Part shown: piece after piece, positions 9,494 through 17,091 of the stretch
Numbering within the stretch: the stretch's first letter is position 1
Layout: each line of letters opens with the position of its first letter
DNA from: a virus
Length of the DNA stretch: 64,000 bases
IMG/VR virus record: IMGVR_UViG_3300032163_000003
Location: 1 to 64,000 of that record
Direction: 5' to 3' (one strand)
Program-made: the position numbers and the translations under genes
The notes under the pieces: model-generated
Told to the model about the DNA's origin: nothing
The model's database searches: none
What the model saw: only the letters and a program-made list of their open reading frames with translations

Positions 9494-9934
9494 TCACTTT
9501 TTCTTTGGACAGAATCCGGTTGTAGGAGCGCAGCAATTATTTGGATAAACCGGACACTTAGAAAGATCGTCAGAAAAGTTACACCTTCGAAGGGTTGCTT
9601 GAATTCCCAAAAGTCTAATTGGGTCATTCAAACTTTTAACTCCAAAAGATGCATGTTTGGATCCAAAAATCCTACCAAAAGCTGCAGTAGCAATTTCATC
9701 TATAGCATTGTTAATTGCTCTTAGCACATTCTCTCTAAGGATTTCTTTTTCTTCTTTTGTTAAGATTCTTCCAACAAATACTTGATCACCATCATCTAGT
9801 CTCGACGAGAATTCATAATAGAATTCTTCTATTAGTGGAATTTTGAGCTGACCGATCTTACTTCTTTGACGAACATCAAGAGATCTCTCGATTTCCCGCC
9901 AGTCATCTTTTGTTAATTCTCTGATTTGATTCAT
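9494..9934 (-). CDS. Hypothetical protein
   Basis: Packed ORF, Cys-rich C-terminus. Confidence 0.45.
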   Translation of the reverse strand: MNQIRELTKDDWREIERSLDVRQRSKIGQLKIPLIEEFYYEFSSRLDDGDQVFVGRILTKEEKEILRENVLRAINNAIDEIATAAFGRIFGSKHASFGVKSLNDPIRLLGIQATLRRCNFSDDLSKCPVYPNNCCAPTTGFCPKKK

Positions 9935-10390
9935 TTATTTTGTTTCCTCCTTTGGATTCACGGTAGCAAAGTCGTGAGTTCGTTTGGCTTTCTTCCAGTC
10001 CATATTTTGGTCAGTGATTTGGAACATCCTACACTTTGAACATCCTTTTGGAATGTCACTTGAATATTCTTTGTATTGACAATTCGAGTAAATGCAAAGT
10101 GTTGTATTTTTGGTTACTCTTTCGTTTCGACACCAAATATGATGTTGTTTCGCAATCTTTTGGATCCCTTGGTAAATTCCCTCCTCTTCGGATAGTTTTA
10201 AAGCTTCCACTTTTGTTTTTCCTAATTGAATCCTTCTGCGAATCTGAGCGAGTGATTCAAGGAATATCGCTGTTGGAGGAATCGCTAGAAGGAATTGCCA
10301 AAGCATAGTAGCGTTCCAGTAGATTTCGACATATTTTTGAACTAGGTACGCTACTCCGAAGCCGCCTACTACTGAGATCAGTCTTAACAT
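9935..10390 (-). CDS. Membrane protein with Cys/His cluster
   Basis: Two N-terminal TM segments, HHIWC...C...C...CSKC. Confidence 0.5.
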   Translation of the reverse strand: MLRLISVVGGFGVAYLVQKYVEIYWNATMLWQFLLAIPPTAIFLESLAQIRRRIQLGKTKVEALKLSEEEGIYQGIQKIAKQHHIWCRNERVTKNTTLCIYSNCQYKEYSSDIPKGCSKCRMFQITDQNMDWKKAKRTHDFATVNPKEETK

Positions 10391-11733
10391 AAATCTTTCC
10401 TCCTAGCGATTTCTACCAACAGAGTTTCTCGCACGTTTTTGTCAGGATCGTCCAGAACAAGTTCTAATAGTTCCTTTAAGACTTTCCCAACTTGTGGACT
10501 TGGTTTGATTTTAAGGATTTCCATTACATCGAGTCCATTAACTTCCAAATCTTTTACTGTTAATGCAAGGTTCTTTGGGCGTCGTAGTTCTACCCAAAAC
10601 TTTCTGGCAAGCTCCTTCGCAGAACTAATCGACCTGTTTACATCTTCTCGAAGGTTTCCCGCTTTGTCAGCAAGTCGCAATCTTACCAAATCTTTCCAAC
10701 TGAGATTCACTTCATGAAGATCCTTAAGCAAACGTCTAGTTGCTTTTGGTCCCATACCTTTCGGCATACGCATGTGGAACTTGATAAGATTAGAAACATA
10801 ACTAATATCTTCCTTTGAAAATCTTAGGTTGCTTAATTCTTTAGATACGATCTCAGCTCCAAAATCTTCATGCTCCTTAAACCAGATTTCTCCAGTTTGA
10901 GGATTGATAGACGCAGCAGGAGCCTTTCCTACGTCATGAAGATAGCCAGTCAACTTCAAAAGGAGGTTCTTGGTTGAGATCGAATCTCCAGTCAAAATGT
11001 TATGATCCCAGATCGATTCCTGGTGCCACCTACCACCATCTACGCCCCAAGATTCTTCTAGAGATGGGAAGATATATTTTAAAGCACCGATCTCATGTAA
11101 TGTCTGAAAGAATATCCCAGTTTTGGATATTTCCATTGCTTTCAGAATTTCCAGTTGGATCCGTTCTGGAGCTACGAAAGTCTCAACTAAGTCAGCGTAT
11201 TTTACTAACGCTTCCTTGGTGTCTGGATGAAATGATCCTTCAATCTTCGCAAGAAACCTACAAGCTCGGATTATTCTATTTGGATCTTCACGAATCCGAT
11301 CTTTGGGATTTCTTACAAACTTCACAACTTTATCTTGAAGATCCTTAACTCCACCAAAGAAGTCGTGAATCTGGTGAGTGAATGGTTCAAGGTACAAGGC
11401 GTTAAATGTAAAATCTCTCCTCTCTGCGTCCTCTAACATTGTCCCTGTTGTGACCTTAACATTCTTATCAGAAAGACCAAAATATCGATCCTTCCGAAAA
11501 GTGGCCACTTCTATCCTGTTAACCAGAACAACCCCAAAACTTTTTCCTACGAGATCAAGTTTCTGGTCAGCAAACAATCTCATTATCTCATCCGGCGACG
11601 CAGATGTAGAAATATCTACGTCGTCATTTTCTTCGCCAAGAAATTTATCTCTAACATACCCTCCAACGAAGAAAGCCTCAAATCCATTATTCTGTAAACG
11701 GAATAGGATCTGAAGTGGATTCATCTGCGTCAC
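10384..11733 (-). CDS. cca: CCA-adding tRNA nucleotidyltransferase (class II) with HD domain
   Basis: VGGYVRD...DVD, EVATFR, DAERRDFTFNA, EDPNRIIRACRF, ERIQLE, LHDVGK. Confidence 0.92.
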   Translation of the reverse strand: MTQMNPLQILFRLQNNGFEAFFVGGYVRDKFLGEENDDVDISTSASPDEIMRLFADQKLDLVGKSFGVVLVNRIEVATFRKDRYFGLSDKNVKVTTGTMLEDAERRDFTFNALYLEPFTHQIHDFFGGVKDLQDKVVKFVRNPKDRIREDPNRIIRACRFLAKIEGSFHPDTKEALVKYADLVETFVAPERIQLEILKAMEISKTGIFFQTLHEIGALKYIFPSLEESWGVDGGRWHQESIWDHNILTGDSISTKNLLLKLTGYLHDVGKAPAASINPQTGEIWFKEHEDFGAEIVSKELSNLRFSKEDISYVSNLIKFHMRMPKGMGPKATRRLLKDLHEVNLSWKDLVRLRLADKAGNLREDVNRSISSAKELARKFWVELRRPKNLALTVKDLEVNGLDVMEILKIKPSPQVGKVLKELLELVLDDPDKNVRETLLVEIARRKDLC

Positions 11734-11997
11734 CTCCTTTTATTCAAAATTATTTTCCTTCATCTTATCCTTTCTTTCCGACAGTCTTCTCCACATAAAC
11801 GTACTCAGAATTCATTTCGGAAGGTCTGACGTTGCTTAATCGTTGAATTAGTTCTGAATCAAGCAATTCTTTTAAAGATGCATCAGTTTCATCATTCCAG
11901 AGATCGGGAGCATACACAAACCAACCCCTACTAACTATTTCGTTAAGTATTTCTGTCGCTTTCATTTTTTACTCCTTTCTTTAATCTTTAATTAAAC

Positions 11998-12017
11998 TCA
12001 TTAAGAAATATATATAG
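11998..12017 (-). promoter_or_regulatory. Class A (putative early) promoter motif CTATATATATTTCTTAATGA
   Basis: One of six copies (also 9331, 22994, 28578, 45713, 52619), each upstream of non-structural or unknown genes. Confidence 0.6.
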
Positions 12018-12045
12018 TTCTAACTATCCTTCTTGGAGGGAATTT

Positions 12046-12060
12046 AGAACAAATTATAAA
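12046..12060 (+). promoter_or_regulatory. Class B (putative late) promoter motif AGAACAAATTATAAA
   Basis: Recurs upstream of tail tube, terminase, tail fibre operon and ClpP-like genes. Confidence 0.6.
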
Positions 12061-12095
12061 TCATTTGTTACTACGGTTTACGTAAAGGACCAACC

Positions 12096-12614
12096 ATGAA
12101 GCCGCTTAGAAAAATACAAAGAAATAGAGAGGTTAGAACACTTGAATTGGAGTATCTGTACAGTAGTGGAAAAACATGGTCGGATAAGTATTTGAAGAAA
12201 AGAAAATTAGTTATTGAAGAAGAGATTAAACAGTTCGGATCTGATCCAAAGAGAGTTTTAGTTGATTTTGATAAAACAATACATACTTACTCTCACGGAA
12301 TCGGAGACGGAACTATTTATGACAAACCAATTGACGGAGCAAGAGAATCATTACAGCAACTTATGAACGAAGGGTATGAAGTTTGTATCTTTACAGCAAG
12401 AGTTTGTAGAGAAAATAGAAAAAGCGATCAAGAGTGGAAAGACCAAATAAGAATGGTTAAAGATTGGTTAGAAAAACATAATATTCCTTATAATAGAATT
12501 ACTGACAAAAAGTTAGCTGCAACTGCGATTATTGATGACAGAGCAGTTCATTTTACAGGTGATTGGTCCAAAGCGTTACAAGAATTAAAAGACATTGAAC
12601 ATAGTAATATTTAA
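12096..12614 (+). CDS. HAD-family phosphatase (Pnkp phosphatase/5'-nucleotidase-like)
   Basis: VDFDKTIH, IFTAR, K...IIDDRA. Confidence 0.75.
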   Translation: MKPLRKIQRNREVRTLELEYLYSSGKTWSDKYLKKRKLVIEEEIKQFGSDPKRVLVDFDKTIHTYSHGIGDGTIYDKPIDGARESLQQLMNEGYEVCIFTARVCRENRKSDQEWKDQIRMVKDWLEKHNIPYNRITDKKLAATAIIDDRAVHFTGDWSKALQELKDIEHSNI

Positions 12615-12654
12615 GAACAAATTAATATACGAGAAAGAATGGAGGTAAAAGGTA

Positions 12655-13389
12655 ATGAAAAGTTCGTTTTCCGTTTTAAACCAAAACGTTGTCACAAGAA
12701 AATTTGGTGGAACTAGAGCAGGGGCTGCTGAACCCTATGTAACTGGATATTTCTTCTCATATTTTCAGAATCTTCCGCCAGAACTAACTTCAATAGTATC
12801 AGAAATCGCTGGATATTCTCTTATGGAGACAGATATTAAAAACATTCTGGCTGCTACAACATTAAACGTAACCCCACCGGGAGGAACTCTAAATAAAGTA
12901 GATTTTACAGGTCTTGGTGGAATTAAGTGGGCAGTTCCTGGAAGCATTGACTACGGCAATGAAGTTACAGTAAGATTCTTTGAATTCCAGGGAACTCCGC
13001 TTCTACACATTCTACATGGCTGGGTAAAGTTAATTAGAGATTATAGATATGGTATTTCTGACAGATTGATTTCTGGGGAATCCACTGATGGTTATATGAA
13101 AAAGACTTACGCCGGTTCTTTATTCTTCTGGACAACTGCGCCAGATGGAGTAACTGTGCAATATTATGCTGCTTATGACGGGATATTCCCAAACAAAGAT
13201 CCTCAGGATCTATTCACCAGTGACATTGACACTGTTGGAAGACTTGACCTTGAAATCGGATTCAACGTTGACTATATATGGCATGAAGATTGGGTTAAAA
13301 AATTCTGTCAAAAGAAATCTGATGATTGGAGAGGATTAATGCACGCAGTTATTCCGGGTTACGGTCAAACAAGTACTGGAGGATTTTAA
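12655..13389 (+). CDS. Tail tube protein (T4 gp19-like)
   Basis: Tube-type pattern (VTPPGG...VPG..DYG.EVTVRF.E...W...YDGIFP...L...F.VD); precedes baseplate genes. Confidence 0.7.
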   Translation: MKSSFSVLNQNVVTRKFGGTRAGAAEPYVTGYFFSYFQNLPPELTSIVSEIAGYSLMETDIKNILAATTLNVTPPGGTLNKVDFTGLGGIKWAVPGSIDYGNEVTVRFFEFQGTPLLHILHGWVKLIRDYRYGISDRLISGESTDGYMKKTYAGSLFFWTTAPDGVTVQYYAAYDGIFPNKDPQDLFTSDIDTVGRLDLEIGFNVDYIWHEDWVKKFCQKKSDDWRGLMHAVIPGYGQTSTGGF

Positions 13390-13451
13390 CCCTAACTTTA
13401 TTTTTTGAGAATTTCTATTAACTAAACAAATCGAAGAAAGGAGATAGAAAA

Positions 13452-14240
13452 ATGTTTACTGGTTTTAATTTAAAGTACCCCGAGTATGAAGTCATAACGC
13501 CACAAACAAAAAAGTCTTTTACAATTCGGACACTAAATGTTCAAGAAGAGGAAAGACTAAAAGCAAGTTTAATAACACCAGCTAAAATTACTGAGCATCT
13601 AAACAAATGTATTTATGAAGCACTTGTTCAGAAACCTGAATCAGTTACAGAATTTTCGTCGTTCTTAAAAACAACTACTTTAAAAGATAGAGAAGCTCTT
13701 TTGTATGGGCTTTATCATATTACTTACGAAGACATTAGGAACTACGATATTAAATGCGGATCTTGTAAAAAAGATTATCCAGTTACAGTTAAAGCTTCTG
13801 ATATTTTTAATATCAATCCATATCCAGGAGACGATATACTTACTAAAAAAGTTAAAGTTTCATTACCTATGTCTCCTGGAGTATCTTGTTTAATTAGACA
13901 GCCTGTACTGCAAGATGAAATAGAGTCAATAAAAAGCTTATCTGGTACTCCTGGTTATACAATGGATCTTCTGTCGGAAACTTTGATTATTGAAAACTTT
14001 GAACAGAATATTGAAGCCCAACTAGAACTAAGTACTATAACTGACAAAGTAGACATAATTTCTGCGTATCAAAGTTTACCAGCTAAAGACAAGAGAGTTA
14101 TCTATGAAAAGTATAATGAAGAGTTTGGTCAGTACAATGTTACTTTAAAAATGAAGTCTTTCTGTAATTTTTGTGGTACTGAGGAGGTATCGACTATTGA
14201 TCTAGTCGAGAACTTTTTTCGAATGGTGTACTCTTCATAG
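13452..14240 (+). CDS. Tail/baseplate assembly chaperone (T4 gp26-like)
   Basis: YPEYEVITP...IRTLNVQEE, DREALL, CGSC and CNFCG zinc pairs, terminal NFF. Confidence 0.7.
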   Translation: MFTGFNLKYPEYEVITPQTKKSFTIRTLNVQEEERLKASLITPAKITEHLNKCIYEALVQKPESVTEFSSFLKTTTLKDREALLYGLYHITYEDIRNYDIKCGSCKKDYPVTVKASDIFNINPYPGDDILTKKVKVSLPMSPGVSCLIRQPVLQDEIESIKSLSGTPGYTMDLLSETLIIENFEQNIEAQLELSTITDKVDIISAYQSLPAKDKRVIYEKYNEEFGQYNVTLKMKSFCNFCGTEEVSTIDLVENFFRMVYSS

Positions 14241-14445
14241 TGATCAGATAGATAAATACAAGAAAATTTTACAAGAAAATGTATTTATCTGTATTGAAAC
14301 TTTAAAACAACAATACACTAGTATTATGGAAATGCCGGTTAAGAGACTACATGATTTACTAAGGTGGAAAGCTGATTTAGAAGAAGAGAAAGCTAAGTTA
14401 ATGAAAGAAAAAACTGGTATAGGAAAGAAATCGAGAGGAAAATAA
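14218..14445 (+). CDS. Frameshift extension of the chaperone (gp51/gpT-like)
   Basis: +1 frame opens just before TTTTTTC and reads FEWCTLHSDQIDKYKKILQENVFICIETLKQQYTSIMEMPVKRLHDLLRWKADLEEEKAK... to TAA 2 nt before the gp25 start. Confidence 0.65.
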   Translation, partial: FEWCTLHSDQIDKYKKILQENVFICIETLKQQYTSIMEMPVKRLHDLLRWKADLEEEKAKLMKEKTGIGKKSRGK

Positions 14446-14447
14446 AA

Positions 14448-14876
14448 GTGCCAAGTCTATTAGACAAGTTCATAAGAACCACAGTTGGGTCCAAGCATCA
14501 AGACACAGACTATAAGTCTGTGATCAGTCCTTCTGGAGACTTTACAAAGACTATTGGTTTAGAAACTATTCTAAATTCTTGGAATACAATTCTTCAAATT
14601 CCTACAAGAACTTACTTCTTTGATCCTCCTTTTGGTTGTGATATTTTTAAACGAATATTTGATCCTGTTGATCAAATTACTTTAGATTTAATTAAAGATG
14701 AGATTGAGAATCAACTTTTTGGGAATGATGATAGGGCTAGAATAGAAAGCGTTGATGTTAAGTTCTTAAGAAATAAAAAAGGATACACCGTGAATGTTTA
14801 TGTTGTTTACAAAGGAGAAAGGGGAAACGTTAAAGCAACAATTGACGAGACAACATATCTCAATGTGTTAGGATAA
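14448..14876 (+). CDS. Baseplate wedge subunit gp25-like
   Basis: ILNSWNTIL..P..T.FFDPPFGCDI...IFDP...DDRARIESVDV. Confidence 0.85.
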   Translation: MPSLLDKFIRTTVGSKHQDTDYKSVISPSGDFTKTIGLETILNSWNTILQIPTRTYFFDPPFGCDIFKRIFDPVDQITLDLIKDEIENQLFGNDDRARIESVDVKFLRNKKGYTVNVYVVYKGERGNVKATIDETTYLNVLG

Positions 14877-14879
14877 ACT

Positions 14880-15857
14880 ATGCCAGCTTCATACATATAT
14901 TACAATGTTCTTAAGATGTATAAAGGGACTTTAAAGAAGACATACAAAGGGAATACGCATCTTCTTATAGTTCCAATTACTCCAAGGAAATACTTATACT
15001 TAGCTGTAATTGGACAATTAATTGACCAACATGGTTCGTATGCTTGTCATTTAGTTGTTTCTATTCCTTCAAGATTAGTAGATAGTATTATTTCTGGTGA
15101 AGAGGAACATTTTGGTGACAGATACGTAATAGTTGAGAAACTAAAGTGCGAACCACAAATAATTGGAGAAAGTCATTATAATATTGCTTTGGAAAATCCA
15201 GAGAAAGCAAAAAATATTAAGTCTGATTTAACTATTGAATATCATCCAGAGTTTAACCTTGGATCTAAAAAGATTTATGTAGTTACTGGAGAGTTAAAAT
15301 TCGAAACTGAAGAGATTTCTTCGAAAGGTGAAATGGGAATGACCGCAGCTAAGCAGTCAGCTCTTATGGGAAAGAAATCTAGATTTGAGGAACCAGAAAC
15401 TAAACAAGATATTAAAGAGGGACAATATATGGAAAACTCAGATAAACTAAAAGTTGCATTGATGGGGAACATCCAAGAAAGTAATTTACCAAAAAAAGGA
15501 AAACTATTACTTTTAGATCTAGTTTTTGAGAATGAAGATTTAGGACAAACTTTGGAAGTTTTGGAATCATTCGCAGTTATTGATGAGAAAACTAAAGAAA
15601 AGTTAATTAATGAAGTTTGGGCTGACTTCTGGTCAGGAGGAATTTATCGTTTGGCGGGGAGAGGGCTTAGATCTATATTTGACAAGTGCGTTAAAGAATG
15701 TGGATATACAAAAGGGATTTCGTCAAACATTGAAGCAACTGGTAGAAAAATGTGTATCGCAAAATGTAAAGGTCAACTAGAGAAACTAGCAAAAATAGAA
15801 ACTTCTAAAAGAGGAAAAGAGGCAAAAAGAAGAGGGTTAGAAGGGCCCGAAGAATAA
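14880..15857 (+). CDS. Hypothetical virion-associated protein with C-terminal CxxxC pairs
   Basis: In structural operon; LINE followed by Gly-rich helix and CVKEC...CIAKC. Confidence 0.5.
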   Translation: MPASYIYYNVLKMYKGTLKKTYKGNTHLLIVPITPRKYLYLAVIGQLIDQHGSYACHLVVSIPSRLVDSIISGEEEHFGDRYVIVEKLKCEPQIIGESHYNIALENPEKAKNIKSDLTIEYHPEFNLGSKKIYVVTGELKFETEEISSKGEMGMTAAKQSALMGKKSRFEEPETKQDIKEGQYMENSDKLKVALMGNIQESNLPKKGKLLLLDLVFENEDLGQTLEVLESFAVIDEKTKEKLINEVWADFWSGGIYRLAGRGLRSIFDKCVKECGYTKGISSNIEATGRKMCIAKCKGQLEKLAKIETSKRGKEAKRRGLEGPEE

Positions 15858-15888
15858 TATCCAAAGTATTGGATCTGGAGGGATACAG

Positions 15889-16425
15889 ATGGCTTTAGAA
15901 GAAAAATATGTTAAAGAAGCTTGTAGGCTTTTCTTAAAAGAAGCTGCAATTGTTAGTCCAAACTTTAAACGACTTACAGAAGATGACTGGCGAAGACTTA
16001 AAGGATTTATTAATAAACTTACTACAGAAGAAATGGTTAGTTTAGTTTTTGGACCAGAAGCTCTTCAAGAAAAAGAATGGGCAAAATACGCTGGATTGGC
16101 AGTAGCTGGTGGGTTGGCTGGTAGGCATTTAGCTGGTGGTAAAAAAAGATCTGGCCTTTTAGGTGCAGCGGCTGCGACTGGTGCTTATTACTTGTATAAG
16201 AGGTATATTGACCGATGCGCTAGAGGTAATACCCCCCAAGAAGAAGCAAGTTGTCGCGCTTCTAGTGCTCAAAGGGTTATTACCCAATTAAAACAAAATA
16301 TGAAAGATTGTAATGCTTCTGCAACTCCTGAGAACTGCGCTCTAAGACTTCAGGGACAATTGGACAAGTGGCAGAAAATCTATAGCGACCAATCAGTAAA
16401 AGCTCATGGGGTGGGTAGGAAGTAG
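15889..16425 (+). CDS. Hypothetical virion protein with Gly/Ala hydrophobic helices and four Cys
   Basis: RBS GGAGG; ALQE then AGLAVAGGLAG...GAAAATGAY, C...C...C...C. Confidence 0.55.
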   Translation: MALEEKYVKEACRLFLKEAAIVSPNFKRLTEDDWRRLKGFINKLTTEEMVSLVFGPEALQEKEWAKYAGLAVAGGLAGRHLAGGKKRSGLLGAAAATGAYYLYKRYIDRCARGNTPQEEASCRASSAQRVITQLKQNMKDCNASATPENCALRLQGQLDKWQKIYSDQSVKAHGVGRK

Positions 16426-16426
16426 T

Positions 16427-17077
16427 ATGCAGAACTACAAAAGACTTTATGATTACATGGGTGATTATTGGAAGTTACTCTACGACATTTATCCGAAATT
16501 TGGGATTGCATATCTTTGCACATATTATAACATTAACAAAGATAAGACTACTTGGGATGATGAATTCTTAATGGGAGGTTACTACGAAAAGTTTGGAAAT
16601 CTTTCAGGAATAAAGTTTGATAAGTATCTTATACTACCTGTTTATTTTACAGAAGAAACTACAACCGACTGGGATGCTCAAATGGAAGGTTATATCAATG
16701 AAGGTCAATCTTCAATCACACTGCCCTGGAACTATGGAATTACACCGTATGCGAACGACCAGGTATTCTTTGATCAAAAACCTTTAATTACGCCAAGCGA
16801 TCCAAACATCAACCCCCTTTTTGGAGTAACAGGACTACAAAAAATTGCTCACCAAGAAAAAACATTTTGGAAGTTAAAACTAAATATAGAGCAAAGCATG
16901 ACTACCAATCATATAGATGACCAAGTAGCAAATACTTATGTTTTCTTTGACTATACAAAGAAAATTTATAATGTTCCTCAATCCCAGACATTAACTAGGA
17001 TGTTAGTAAAAAATGAAACTATCCGCAGAGTTCTTAAAAATAGATACGACGACAACAGCGGATTTTATTTCTTATAA
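16427..17077 (+). CDS. Putative virion structural protein
   Basis: Between structural genes; aromatic-rich beta-type sequence. Confidence 0.5.
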   Translation: MQNYKRLYDYMGDYWKLLYDIYPKFGIAYLCTYYNINKDKTTWDDEFLMGGYYEKFGNLSGIKFDKYLILPVYFTEETTTDWDAQMEGYINEGQSSITLPWNYGITPYANDQVFFDQKPLITPSDPNINPLFGVTGLQKIAHQEKTFWKLKLNIEQSMTTNHIDDQVANTYVFFDYTKKIYNVPQSQTLTRMLVKNETIRRVLKNRYDDNSGFYFL

Positions 17078-17091
17078 GGGAGTAAAAGACC

